64,000 nt of DNA from Ilumatobacteraceae bacterium (GCA_963829585.1 CAWHJD010000014.1:22146-86145), one strand, 5' to 3'; positions 53,681 to 63,538 are shown, counted from the stretch's first letter. Notes: generated by a model from the letters alone, not told the origin. Numbers and translations are program-made.

Positions 53681-54739
53681 ATGAAGGAAGTGGGAGTTGC
53701 CACTCCTACCGAACCGGTTGGACGTTCGGCGATTCGCCGATCGGCGCCGGTGGCGGCCGCATCGGCCATCTGGTGGGTGCTGTACCACTACAACCTGGCG
53801 TTCTGGGACTGGGTCATCTACGACGTCGTCGGCCTCGACCCGGAGAGCCGGCTGGGCGAATCGATCCACTTCTTCTTCTACGACGTCACCAAGATCACCC
53901 TGCTGCTCACCGGGGTCATCTTCGTCGTCACGATCCTGCGCAGTTTCATGTCGGTCGAACGCACCCGCTCACTGCTCGGCGGTCGCCGAGAAGGGGTCGG
54001 CAACGTCGCCGCAGCCGTGCTCGGTGTGGTGACTCCTTTCTGCTCGTGCTCGGCGGTGCCCGTCTTCATCGGGTTCGTCGCTGCTGGCGTTCCACTCGGC
54101 GTGACACTCAGCTTCCTGATCGCGTCCCCGATGGTCAACGAGGTGGCGATCGTGCTGCTGTTCGGCCTGTTCGGCTGGCAGGTCACCGCCCTGTACATCC
54201 TTGCCGGGCTGTTCATCGCGATCACCGCCGGGATGGTGTTGGGCCGGATGGATCTCGACCGGTGGGTCGAGCCGTTCGTGTTCGAGACCAGACTCCGCGG
54301 CAAGCAGATCGACCCATCACAGGGCCTCTCCTGGGATGACCGCATCCAGATGGGCCGTGAAGAGGTTGCATCGATCCTGCGCAAGGTCTGGCCCTACCTG
54401 CTCGTGGGCATCGGCGTCGGCGCCGTGATCCACGGATGGGCACCCGACGACTGGTTCGCCGAACACGCAACGGGAATCCTCGGGGTCCCGATCGCCGTGC
54501 TCGTCGGCGTGCCCCTCTACTCCAACGCAGCAGGCGTGCTCCCGCTGGTCGAGGTCCTGCACGACAAGGGTCTGCCGATGGGCACCGTGCTCGCGTTCAT
54601 GATGAGTGTCGTCGCTCTGTCGCTGCCCGAGATGATCCTGCTGCGGAGGGTCTTGATGCCCAAGCTGATCATCACCTACGTCGCGGTGGTCGCCTCCGGC
54701 ATCCTCGCCATCGGATTCCTCTTCAACCTCATTCTCTGA
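53681..54739 (+). CDS. polytopic permease (ArsP/DUF318-like family)
   Basis: Intact 352 aa, about 8-10 TM. CSCS motif VVTPFCSCSAVPVF, typical of this permease family. Confidence 0.65.
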   Translation: MKEVGVATPTEPVGRSAIRRSAPVAAASAIWWVLYHYNLAFWDWVIYDVVGLDPESRLGESIHFFFYDVTKITLLLTGVIFVVTILRSFMSVERTRSLLGGRREGVGNVAAAVLGVVTPFCSCSAVPVFIGFVAAGVPLGVTLSFLIASPMVNEVAIVLLFGLFGWQVTALYILAGLFIAITAGMVLGRMDLDRWVEPFVFETRLRGKQIDPSQGLSWDDRIQMGREEVASILRKVWPYLLVGIGVGAVIHGWAPDDWFAEHATGILGVPIAVLVGVPLYSNAAGVLPLVEVLHDKGLPMGTVLAFMMSVVALSLPEMILLRRVLMPKLIITYVAVVASGILAIGFLFNLIL

Positions 54740-54768
54740 TCACTCCCGACAACACAAGGAGCCCCACC

Positions 54769-55008
54769 ATGGACATCAAGATCCTCGGAACGGGATGCGT
54801 CAACTGCAAGAACCTCGAGACAGTGACGCGTGCTGCGCTCGACGAGCTCGGCCTGACGGTCGAGATCGACAAGGTCACCGACCCGGGCGAGATCGCGTCC
54901 TGGGGCGTCATGTCCACACCGGCCCTCGTCATCGACGACGACGTCGTGCTGTCGGGCCGCGTCCCGCCTGCCGATCAGATCAGGGAACTCCTCGTCGCCG
55001 CACGATGA
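54769..55008 (+). CDS. thioredoxin-fold 'redox-active disulfide protein 2' family protein
   Basis: ATG 54769 with an AAGGAG SD. MDIKILGTGCVNCKNLE (C-x2-C)...GVMSTPALVIDD. 79 aa. Confidence 0.75.
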   Translation: MDIKILGTGCVNCKNLETVTRAALDELGLTVEIDKVTDPGEIASWGVMSTPALVIDDDVVLSGRVPPADQIRELLVAAR

Positions 55009-55057
55009 AGGCGCGTCGGCAACGGCCGCCGGATGCCGCAGTGACGGCGCCGAGTGT

Positions 55058-55997
55058 TCAACTCGCGAGCGTGCGGGCGATCTCGGTGACGTGGCGGAGA
55101 TCCGAGCCGCAACATCCACCGAAGACGTTGAGCCACGGCATTGCATCGACGAGGCTGCGGTATCCCGCGGCAAGTTCGTGGACATCGCCATCGTCGAGCA
55201 CTTCTGCCTCGTCCAGTTCGGCGTGGCTCATGCGTGAGGCATTGCAGCGGACTCCTCGAATGCGGTGAGCCCATGCGTCGTCGACGATGACATCGGCGAA
55301 GTGGTCGGGGTGCGCACAGTTGACCATGAAATACGAGGCTGACCCGTTCGTTGCCGCGTCGACGGTGTCGATCGCATGGCCGAGCGACTCGCCCGTCGGA
55401 AGCGAGCCATCTGTCTCGACGGTGAACGACACCACGATCGGCAACCCGACCGAGCCGGCAGCTCGGACCACGCCGATCGCCTCGTCGGACTGCGTGAACG
55501 TCATCGCGGTCACCATGTCGACCTCGGTGTCCGCGAGCCATCCGATCTGGCTGGCGTGGTACTCCTCGGCTTCGCCGGCGGCGACAGCGACATCGGGCGC
55601 GTAAGCATCACCGCGGGGGCCGATGAGGCCGTTCAGGACGATGGGTGCGGCGTTGTCGCCGAACTCGGACCGGAGGTCGGCGATGAATACTGATCGCGTC
55701 CCGGTTGGCCTCGGCGAGTTCGGATGCGCTGGCCTGCAGGGCGCCGGCCCAATGAGGATGCGCTTTCCACGTCTGGCTGTCGAGCACGAACCCCGCACCC
55801 ATCTCGGCGGCCAACTTCAGAAAGCCGCGGAAGTATTCGGCGAGTGCCTGTCGTCCGGTCTCATCTCGCAGCAGGGTGTGAGCTGCGAACTCACGGATCT
55901 CGATCCCCTTGTTGAAGATCAGGTCGGTCTCGATCCCGGCGTCGGTGAGGTACAGCCCCCCATCGAGTTGTGGCAGAGCGGCACGGAACATCGCCAT
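55058..55997 (-). pseudogene. mmuM: homocysteine S-methyltransferase family protein, one frame break as sequenced
   Basis: MAMFRAALPQLDGGLYLTDAGIETDLIF...ELAEANRDAIS continues in the next frame as FIADLRSEFGDNAAPIVLNGLIGPRGDAY...NCAHP...NVFGGCCGSD (Zn ligands). Junction near 55688-55705. Length 940 = 3n+1. Confidence 0.8.
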
Positions 55998-56104
55998 GAC
56001 AATCCTCCCATTCGCTCATGGCCCCGGATGTGGCGACGGACCGCGACCCCACGACAACAGTACGCCACCATGCACCCGCCGGGGTGCGGCCGCAGCCCGC
56101 CGAA

Positions 56105-56746
56105 TCAGGTCGGTATGAGCGCAGCGCGGAAGAACTCGATGATGTGCTCGCTGCGACGATCGAGCGCTTCGGGCGCGAGCGGATCCTCGTCGAGCAGACC
56201 CTCGAGGAACGGAGCATCCGAGAAGTAGCTCAGCAGCGCCCCGTAGCCGGTGAGCAGCAGCTGCTCGGGGTTGTGCTCGCGGAACGTACCGGCGGCCATC
56301 TCACGTCGGAAATAGTCCGCCGCCTGGTCGAACATTGGTCGCAGCACCGCCGACAGGTCGATACCGAGGTGGGAACCGCCGTCGATCGCCTCGCGCCGCA
56401 TCAGCGTGACGTACGACGGGTTGTCGGCGAAGTAGCCGAACCCGGCGCGCAGCACCTGTTCGATCTTCGGCCAGCCACGTGCAGTCGATTCGATGGCATC
56501 GGCGAGGCGTGCGAACCAGTCGGAGAGCAGCCGCTCGAACACCTCACCGTAGAGCGCTTCCTTGGATCCGAAGTGATGGAGCAGGCTGGGGCGGCGGATT
56601 CCCACCTCTGCGGCGATGTCGTTCAGCGAGGTGCCGCTGTATCCGTTCTGTGCGAAGCATCCGAGCGCCGCATCGAGGATCTGGTCTCGCGTGGACCGGC
56701 CCTCGACGGGCAACTCGATGATGGATGCGACGTCGACGTCCGACAT
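56105..56746 (-). CDS. TetR-family transcriptional regulator
   Basis: Intact 213 aa. [50 protein letters not shown]. Confidence 0.85.
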   Translation of the reverse strand: MSDVDVASIIELPVEGRSTRDQILDAALGCFAQNGYSGTSLNDIAAEVGIRRPSLLHHFGSKEALYGEVFERLLSDWFARLADAIESTARGWPKIEQVLRAGFGYFADNPSYVTLMRREAIDGGSHLGIDLSAVLRPMFDQAADYFRREMAAGTFREHNPEQLLLTGYGALLSYFSDAPFLEGLLDEDPLAPEALDRRSEHIIEFFRAALIPT

Positions 56747-56771
56747 GGTGTCGACGAACGCTAGTGCCCGG

Positions 56772-56791
56772 GCGGGGAGCCTCCTCCCCGC
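56772..56791 (-). terminator. GC-rich hairpin 16 nt downstream of the sodN stop
   Basis: GCGGGGAG-CCTC-CTCCCCGC, a perfect 8-bp stem. No U-tract. Confidence 0.4.
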
Positions 56792-56807
56792 ACCGGCATC
56801 GGCCGCA

Positions 56808-57230
56808 TCAGGCGGGGGGATAGACGCCCATCTGCTTGGCCTTGTCGGTCTGCCAGAAGATCTCGGCGATCTCGTCGATGTAGGCGACGAGCTGCTCGCC
56901 GACCGCCGGATCCATCGACTTCTTGGCCTCGCCGGCCTGGTGGACCGCCTTCCAGAACAACTCGTGGAGGTTCGGGAACGCGGCGAAGTGGTCGGGTGCG
57001 AAGAAGTCGGCCCACAGCACCATCAGATGGTGCTTGGTCTCCTCGGCACGCTGCTCCTTGATGATGATGCAACGGGAGCGGAACACTTCGTCGTCGGACT
57101 CGGCGTACTTCTTCGCGGTCTTGACGACCGACAGCGCCTCGATCTTGGCCTGGGCCGGGTCGTACACCCCGCAGTACAGATCGCAGTGGGCGTGGGCAAC
57201 GGTGGCCGATGCGAACAACTTGTCGAACAT
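56808..57230 (-). CDS. sodN: nickel superoxide dismutase precursor
   Basis: 14-aa propeptide [14 protein letters not shown], then the Ni-hook region [18 protein letters not shown]. The rest is colinear with Ni-SOD four-helix bundle proteins ([19 protein letters not shown]...). Confidence 0.9.
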   Translation of the reverse strand: MFDKLFASATVAHAHCDLYCGVYDPAQAKIEALSVVKTAKKYAESDDEVFRSRCIIIKEQRAEETKHHLMVLWADFFAPDHFAAFPNLHELFWKAVHQAGEAKKSMDPAVGEQLVAYIDEIAEIFWQTDKAKQMGVYPPA

Positions 57231-57314
57231 GGTGTGCTCCTCTGAAGCAAGGTGGTGGGTGGAGGTACGAACGATTCCCGAAGGTCGTCAAGCGGAAACC
57301 TACACTCCGCGTCG

Positions 57315-57671
57315 GTGAACGCGCCCACGCCACCTCCGACGTCGCGACGTCCCCGGCGCCGGTGGCGGCGATGGCTCCCGCGGCGATTCGTGGTCGCCGA
57401 TCGCTCGATGGAGCCGACACTGGTCGATGGCCAGGGACTCGTCGGAGTCCCGTGTCGACGTGTCAGGGTCGGCCAGATCAGATGCGTCGAGCATCCGCAG
57501 CGTCCGGGGTTCTGGCTGGTGAAGCGGGTCGACGAGGTGCATCAGGACGGCACGATGTCCGTACTCTCCGACAACCGGAACAGCACCCGGGCCGACTCCA
57601 GGACGTTCGGACCGGTTCCCGTGCACGACAGCTACCGCGTGGTGATCCGGGTTCCGCGACGACTCATGTGA
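57315..57671 (+). CDS. sodX: Ni-SOD maturation peptidase SodX (S26 signal-peptidase-like)
   Basis: Divergent from sodN. VADRSMEPTL (catalytic Ser), WLVKRV (Lys), LSDNRNSTRADSRTFGPV. Start is uncertain (GTG 57315, or the ORF start at 57252). Confidence 0.7.
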   Translation: MNAPTPPPTSRRPRRRWRRWLPRRFVVADRSMEPTLVDGQGLVGVPCRRVRVGQIRCVEHPQRPGFWLVKRVDEVHQDGTMSVLSDNRNSTRADSRTFGPVPVHDSYRVVIRVPRRLM

Positions 57672-59164
57672 GCGTCCGAACCGTCACGGCGGTGCGTGAA
57701 CGTCACGACCAGCACGGACACCACGGCGACGACGAGGCCGAGCACGACGAGCACTCCTGCCCCCGTCCGCCACGGATCGGACAGCGGAAGCACACGGAGC
57801 AACTCGGGCGGCGGTGCCCCCCGATCGCGTGGACGGCGAACCGACTCGGGATCGACACCGACCGGAAGGTTCGTGACTGCCCACCACCCCGTGACGACCA
57901 CGAGAGCGAGGGGTCCCCACTTCGGCAGGATCCGTTCCACGCCCACGATGAAGAGAGTGGCGCCCACCCCGATTGCCGGAAGCAGGTAGCGCGAATACGG
58001 GTTCCCGCCGCCGCTGACGTGTTGTGCGAGCGTCATGCCCACCGATGCCACGGCGACGAGACACAGCACGACGCGCCACCGAACGACGGTCGACCCCTGC
58101 GGTGACGTGACACTCCGGCGCGTCCGCCCGGTCACCGCCACCACCGCCACTCCTGCCACAGCAAGCGCGCTGATGAGGTTGGTGAAGCGTGGCAGACGCC
58201 GAGCGACGGTGCTCGGCGACAGCAGCCCCTGGTAGACGCGGAGCCACATCTCGCCGCGCGTCACCATGTCGAGCACCGAGCCTCGCCGTTGGCGCTGGAA
58301 CCGGTCGAGCAGGTAGCGCGATGCACCGATGTCGCCGTACAGGGCGATGTTGCGGAGGTAGAACCAGCCGAAGAGCACGATCGCCGGAACCAACCCCACG
58401 AGGATCACCGCGCCCGCATCGCGTCCGCGTTTCGCCCACGTCGACGCGGGACGCGTCAACCAGTAGACGGCCACGGTGATGACGACGACCGTCGCGACCA
58501 GCATCGTCGTCGCGCGAGCACCGAAGCATGCGGCCGCTGCGACTCCCAGCACCACGAGGTGGCGCCGGAAGTGCAGGTCGTCGCGCCTGATCGCCCGGAC
58601 TCCGGCCCACACGACGGCAGTGGCGCACGCGAATCCGAGGCCGTCGTTCAAGGCCTGGGAGAACACGGCATGGCCGTGCGGGATCACCGCCACGAACGCG
58701 GCCGACATCAACGCCAGCTCACGGTTCCCGTCGGTGAGTTCCTCCGTGAGCTTGAACGTGAACGCGACGCCGACGGCGGCGAGGGCCACGTTGGCGAAGC
58801 GCAGCAGGATCAACCCACCGTCAGCAGCGTCCTCCGCGCGCGACAGCCAGATCAGCGGGGCGACCGCGACGTACGACAGTGGCGGGTGGTTCGCCACCCA
58901 GACCCCGCGGTACCGATCATCTCGAGCGCTCTCTCGCTCGGCGCGCCACTGCGTTGCCGAGCGAGGAACCACCGGGAACTCCGAGATCTCCGGCAGGTGC
59001 AGCGAAGCGACCTCCTGCGCGTAACCGACGTGAGCCGTTTCGTCCGGGGCGACGAAGGGCGTCTGTTCCAGCGCGTGGAGCCACCCGAAACCGACGAATG
59101 CGACGAGGACGCCGACCAGTCCGACCGTGGTGAGCGTCCATCGCGAGCGATGCGACGCGCTCAC
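57632..59164 (-). CDS. polytopic membrane protein, GT-C-fold glycosyltransferase-like (PMT_2/ArnT-like)
   Basis: GTG 59164 overlaps the upstream stop (GTGA). 510 aa, more than 10 TM. First-loop acidic motif FVAPDETAHVGYA. The rest of ORF 57632-59602 is antisense junk within the SDR gene. Confidence 0.55.
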   Translation of the reverse strand: MSASHRSRWTLTTVGLVGVLVAFVGFGWLHALEQTPFVAPDETAHVGYAQEVASLHLPEISEFPVVPRSATQWRAERESARDDRYRGVWVANHPPLSYVAVAPLIWLSRAEDAADGGLILLRFANVALAAVGVAFTFKLTEELTDGNRELALMSAAFVAVIPHGHAVFSQALNDGLGFACATAVVWAGVRAIRRDDLHFRRHLVVLGVAAAACFGARATTMLVATVVVITVAVYWLTRPASTWAKRGRDAGAVILVGLVPAIVLFGWFYLRNIALYGDIGASRYLLDRFQRQRRGSVLDMVTRGEMWLRVYQGLLSPSTVARRLPRFTNLISALAVAGVAVVAVTGRTRRSVTSPQGSTVVRWRVVLCLVAVASVGMTLAQHVSGGGNPYSRYLLPAIGVGATLFIVGVERILPKWGPLALVVVTGWWAVTNLPVGVDPESVRRPRDRGAPPPELLRVLPLSDPWRTGAGVLVVLGLVVAVVSVLVVTFTHRRDGSDAHMSRRGTRITTR

Positions 59165-59928
59165 CAGGCGCTGCGGCCGACCCCACCGTCGACGACCACG
59201 ATCTCGCCGGTGGTCAACCTGGAGCCCAGCAGGAAGCCGAAGATGGCGTCCTTGACGTCGTCGGGGGTGCACACGGCGCGCAGCAGCGACTTGTCGACCA
59301 CCGACTGCTTGATCGTCTCGAACGCGTCGCCGAAGCCCTCCTGCAACCACGAGCCGTCGATGAAGCCGGGGCACACCGTGTTGACCTGGACCTCGGGCCC
59401 CATCACACGGGCCAATGTGACCGTGAGGTTGTTGAGCCCGGCCTTCGACGCGCAGTACGGAATGGAGCTGCCGGTGCCGTAGACGCCCGCCACGCTCGAA
59501 ACGTTCACGATCTGGCCGCCGCTGCCGGCCTTGAGGGCGCCTGACGCCGCCCTGGCCATCTGGAACGGCCCGATCAGGTTCACGCCCATGATCGTGTGCC
59601 ACGTCTCGGTCGTGACGGCGTCGAGGTCGTGGTGCGCGATGAAGCTGGTGGTGCCGGCGTTGTTGATCAGCACGTCGAGGCCCCCGAACGCGTCGACGGC
59701 CGTCTCGACGAGCCGCCGACAGTCGTCGTCATTCGCCACGTCGGCCTGCACGGCGATCGCCCTCACGCCGAGGCTCGCCGCTTCGTCGGCCACCGTCTCA
59801 GCGGCATCCTTCGAACGGCTGTAGTTGACCGCGACGGAGCAGCCGGCGGCAGCCAGCGCCAACGCTGTCGCCCGTCCGACTCCCGTCCCGGCACCGGTGA
59901 CGATCGCCGCCTTGCCCGACAATTCCAT
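59161..59928 (-). CDS. SDR-family oxidoreductase (FabG-like)
   Basis: Intact 255 aa. AIVTGAGTGVGRA, NNAG, catalytic S...YCASK. Confidence 0.85.
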   Translation of the reverse strand: MELSGKAAIVTGAGTGVGRATALALAAAGCSVAVNYSRSKDAAETVADEAASLGVRAIAVQADVANDDDCRRLVETAVDAFGGLDVLINNAGTTSFIAHHDLDAVTTETWHTIMGVNLIGPFQMARAASGALKAGSGGQIVNVSSVAGVYGTGSSIPYCASKAGLNNLTVTLARVMGPEVQVNTVCPGFIDGSWLQEGFGDAFETIKQSVVDKSLLRAVCTPDDVKDAIFGFLLGSRLTTGEIVVVDGGVGRSAW

Positions 59929-59988
59929 GGCACTCCCCTGCTCGTTCGATGTCCAGACCGTCGTGGGCTGACCGTAGCCTCACCCACC

Positions 59989-60384
59989 ATGCAGATCGTC
60001 GCGGCACTGTTCGTCGAGGAGTTCGAGTTGCGTCAGGCGCCGGGACCGTCGACGCGCATCGACATGACCGGGGTGATGTTCTCGATGGCCGCACCGGAGC
60101 CCGCCCCGCTGACCATCACGCCGCACCTCGTGGGACTCATCTTCTGTCCCGAAGGCGAGTCGGGCAGCGGGGTGTTCGAAGTGGTCTTCCGGCGCGGCAT
60201 CGAGGAGGACAGCGAGCAGGTCGCCAGGAACGTGAGCCCGTTCACCGTCGAGCCGGGCAAGTTCACCTATCGCCTGGTCCGTGGCGAACTCGAATTCGAG
60301 GACTACGGCCAGGTGTTCGCCCACTGCCGCATCGACACCGGCCCGTGGCACCTGGTTCCGTTCACCCTCCTCCCACCTGCCTGA
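59989..60384 (+). CDS. hypothetical protein (131 aa)
   Basis: ATG 59989 within ORF 59596-60384. MQIVAALFVEEFELRQAPGPSTRIDMTGVMF... No motif recognised. Coding call rests on ORF length and position only. Confidence 0.4.
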   Translation: MQIVAALFVEEFELRQAPGPSTRIDMTGVMFSMAAPEPAPLTITPHLVGLIFCPEGESGSGVFEVVFRRGIEEDSEQVARNVSPFTVEPGKFTYRLVRGELEFEDYGQVFAHCRIDTGPWHLVPFTLLPPA

Positions 60385-60452
60385 CCATCTCCCGAGCAGA
60401 CCGCTGTCCGACGGTGGGTTCGGTCGACGAGCCGTCGGGTACTCTCGCCGCC

Positions 60453-62402
60453 GTGTCGTTGACTTCCGAACAGGACCAACTCGCCGTCTCACTCATCCGG
60501 GGCATGGCCATGGACGGCCCGCTCGCCGCGAGCAGTGGCCACCAGGGCACGGCAATGGCATTGGCTCCGCTCGGCCACGTGCTCTACAGCCGGGTGCTGC
60601 GTCACGATCCGACCGATCCTGCGTGGCCCGATCGTGACCGCTTCGTGCTCTCGAACGGTCACGCCTCGATCCTGCAGTACTCCCTGCTCTTCCTGTCGGG
60701 ATACGGCCTCGAACTCGACGACCTGAAGGCGTTCCGCCAATGGGACTCCGCCACGCCCGGCCACCCGGAGGCCGGCCACACCGCCGGCGTCGAGGTCACC
60801 ACCGGGCCGCTCGGCCAGGGCTTCGCCAACGCCGTCGGCATGGCGATCGCCGAAGCCAACCTGCGCGCCCGCTTCGGCGCCGACGCCCAGGACCATCACA
60901 CCTTCGTGATCGCCGGCGACGGCTGCCTCATGGAGGGCATCTCGCACGAAGCGGCCTCGCTCGCCGGACATCTCGGCCTCGGGAAGTTGATCTGCGTGTT
61001 CGACGACAACCAGATCACGATCGACGGACCGACGAGCCTCTCGACCAACGACGACGTGGCGGCGCGCTTCCGTGCCTACAACTGGGACGTCGTCGAACTC
61101 GGCGAGATGGCTGACGACCTCGACGGTCTCGAGGCTGCGTTGAACGCAGCCAAGCAGACCGACAAGCCGTCGTTGCTGATCCTGCGCTCGCACATCGGCG
61201 AGCCCTCCCCGGACCACGTCGACACGCACGGTGCCCACGGCAACCCGTTCAGCGTCGACGACGTGGCACGCACGAAGGCCGTGATGGGTATCCCCGACGA
61301 GCCGTTCTGGGCCCCCGATCACCTCGTCGCGGCCTACCGGACCCATGTGGGCGACCGTGGATCGCAGCAGCGAAGCGCGTGGCTCGCCGCGAGTGCACCG
61401 GTCACCTCGACGCCGCAGTGGCAGGCCGCATGGGGGCGCACCGGTACCCCGGGTTGGGACACGGACCTGCCGGCCTACGAACTCGGCGAGTCGGTCGCCA
61501 CCCGCAAGGCGATCCAGAAGGCGCTCGACGCCACCTACGACCGGCTGCCCGGGCTGATCTCCGGTTCTGCGGATCTCACGGGGAGCAATGGCACCGGCCT
61601 GGCCCGCACGACGTCGTTCACCTCCACCGACCCCGCCGGGCGTTACGTCCACTACGGCATCCGCGAGCACGCCATGGGAGCTGCACTCGTCGGCATGGCA
61701 CGTCACGGCGGCACCCTGCCGATCAGCGGTACGTTCTTCGTGTTCGCCGACTACATGCGACCGGCGATCCGACTCGCCGCCCTCTCGAACGCCAAGTGCT
61801 GCTTCGTCTTCACGCACGACTCCGTCGGGGTGGGCGAGGACGGCCCGACCCACCAGCCCGTCGAGCAGCTCGCCAGCCTGCGGGCCATGCCGAACCTGCA
61901 CGTGATCCGTCCGGCGGACGGCAACGAGACCATCCATGCCTGGGTCGACGCCGTCGGCCACGACGGACCGTCGGTGCTCGTGCTGAGTCGCCAGGACATC
62001 CGGGTCACCACGGACGGCTCGGCCGTCGAGCGAGGCGCCGGCATCGTCACCGACTCCGACGGTCTTCCGCAGGTGGTCCTCGTGGGCACCGGTAGTGAAG
62101 TCGCGGTGTGCGTCGACGCCGCCGCAGCATTGAACGAGCGTGGCGTTTCGGCACGAGCGGTGAGCTTGCCGAGCTGGGATCGATTCGCCGAACAGGACGA
62201 AGCGTTCCGCCACGAGATCCTGCCGCCCGGCGTGCCGGTCGTCTCGGTCGAGGCCGGCACCACCTTCGGATGGGAGCGCTACGCCGATGTGGCCATCGGC
62301 ATCGACCGCTTCGGTGCGAGTGCGCCTGGCGAACTCGTGTTGGACAAGCTCGGCATCAACGTCGATCATGTCGTACGACGCGCACTCGACGCCCTCTCCT
62401 GA
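60453..62402 (+). CDS. tkt: transketolase
   Basis: GTG 60453 (alternative GTG 60414) within ORF 59949-62402. SGHQGTAMALAPL, RDRFVLSNGHAS, TPP motif IAGDGCLMEGISHEA, GIREHAMGA, HDSVGVGEDGPTHQP. Intact. Confidence 0.9.
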   Translation: MSLTSEQDQLAVSLIRGMAMDGPLAASSGHQGTAMALAPLGHVLYSRVLRHDPTDPAWPDRDRFVLSNGHASILQYSLLFLSGYGLELDDLKAFRQWDSATPGHPEAGHTAGVEVTTGPLGQGFANAVGMAIAEANLRARFGADAQDHHTFVIAGDGCLMEGISHEAASLAGHLGLGKLICVFDDNQITIDGPTSLSTNDDVAARFRAYNWDVVELGEMADDLDGLEAALNAAKQTDKPSLLILRSHIGEPSPDHVDTHGAHGNPFSVDDVARTKAVMGIPDEPFWAPDHLVAAYRTHVGDRGSQQRSAWLAASAPVTSTPQWQAAWGRTGTPGWDTDLPAYELGESVATRKAIQKALDATYDRLPGLISGSADLTGSNGTGLARTTSFTSTDPAGRYVHYGIREHAMGAALVGMARHGGTLPISGTFFVFADYMRPAIRLAALSNAKCCFVFTHDSVGVGEDGPTHQPVEQLASLRAMPNLHVIRPADGNETIHAWVDAVGHDGPSVLVLSRQDIRVTTDGSAVERGAGIVTDSDGLPQVVLVGTGSEVAVCVDAAAALNERGVSARAVSLPSWDRFAEQDEAFRHEILPPGVPVVSVEAGTTFGWERYADVAIGIDRFGASAPGELVLDKLGINVDHVVRRALDALS

Positions 62403-62428
62403 CATCCTCGAACGAAGGAATCTCCACC

Positions 62429-63538
62429 ATGCTCGACAGCAACCGGATCGCTGCCCTGTACGACGAGCAGGGCCAGAGCGCCTGGCTCGACAACCTCAAG
62501 CGGGGCTACATCACCTCAGGCCAGCTCGTCGCCATCCGCGACGGCGGCGTGCGCGGATTGACCTCGAACCCATCGATCTTCCAGAAGGCGATCCAGGACT
62601 CGAGCGACTACGACGAACAGTTCGCCGCCCTGCGTGCCGATGGGAACTCGATCGTCGACGACTACTGGTCACTCGTCATCCGCGACATCCACAGCGCCTG
62701 CGACGTCTTCTCGAAGGTCTACGACCATTCCGACGGCGTCGACGGGTACGTGAGCGTCGAGGTCGATCCCGGGCTCGCTCACGACGGACCGGGGACCCAA
62801 TCCGCAGCCCGCGAACTGCATCAACGGATCGATCGCCGCAATCTCATGGTCAAGATCCCTGCGACGGCGGAGGGCCTCGGCCCGATCGAGCAGATGATCG
62901 CCGAGGGTCGTTCCATCAACGTCACGTTGATCTTCAGCCTCGACCGCTACTCGAGCGTGATGGAGGCGTATCTCCGCGGCCTGGAACGGCTCGCTGCCGA
63001 CCCCGCCGCCGACCTGTCGAAGGTCGCCAGTGTTGCCAGTTTCTTCATCAGCCGGGTCGACTCCGAGGTCGACCGACGCCTGGACGCGATCGGCTCCGAC
63101 GAGGCGTTGGCGTTGCGGGGAAAGGCTGCCGTCGCGCAGGGCAAGCTCGCCTACCAGCTGTTCCTCGAGGCATTCTCCGGGGCCCGCTGGGATGCGCTCG
63201 CGGCACGGGGTGCTCGTGTCCAGCGGCCCCTGTGGGCGTCGACGTCGACCAAGAACCCCGCCTACCCCGACACGCTCTACGTCGACGAGTTGATCGGCCC
63301 GCATACGGTGAACACGCTGCCGGAGAACACCTTGGAGGCCTTTGCCGACCACGGAACGCTCGCCCGCCGCGTCGATACCGACGTCGAGTCCGCCCGTGCG
63401 GTGTGGGATGCGCTCGCCGGCGTCGGTGTCGACATGGACGACGTGGCAGCTCAGCTCGAGCGAGAGGGCGTGTCGAGCTTCCAGAAGTCGTTCGACGAGC
63501 TGATCACCGCACTCGAAACCAAGTCCCACTCCCTCTGA
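62429..63538 (+). CDS. tal: transaldolase (actinobacterial long type)
   Basis: ATG 62429. QSAWLDNLKRGYI, GLTSNPSIFQKAI, Schiff-base Lys in NLMVKIPAT. 369 aa, intact. Confidence 0.9.
   Translation: MLDSNRIAALYDEQGQSAWLDNLKRGYITSGQLVAIRDGGVRGLTSNPSIFQKAIQDSSDYDEQFAALRADGNSIVDDYWSLVIRDIHSACDVFSKVYDHSDGVDGYVSVEVDPGLAHDGPGTQSAARELHQRIDRRNLMVKIPATAEGLGPIEQMIAEGRSINVTLIFSLDRYSSVMEAYLRGLERLAADPAADLSKVASVASFFISRVDSEVDRRLDAIGSDEALALRGKAAVAQGKLAYQLFLEAFSGARWDALAARGARVQRPLWASTSTKNPAYPDTLYVDELIGPHTVNTLPENTLEAFADHGTLARRVDTDVESARAVWDALAGVGVDMDDVAAQLEREGVSSFQKSFDELITALETKSHSL

Noticed and set aside
1378-55997. Reading the frame breaks as programmed ribosomal frameshifting, or as genuine pseudogenisation of an accessory or decaying region.
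   Set aside because: There are no shared slippery heptamers or downstream structures. The breaks hit unrelated housekeeping genes, are all single-base insertions (often in G/C runs), and are never accompanied by in-frame stops or deletions. A technical origin is more parsimonious, though I cannot prove it without reads.
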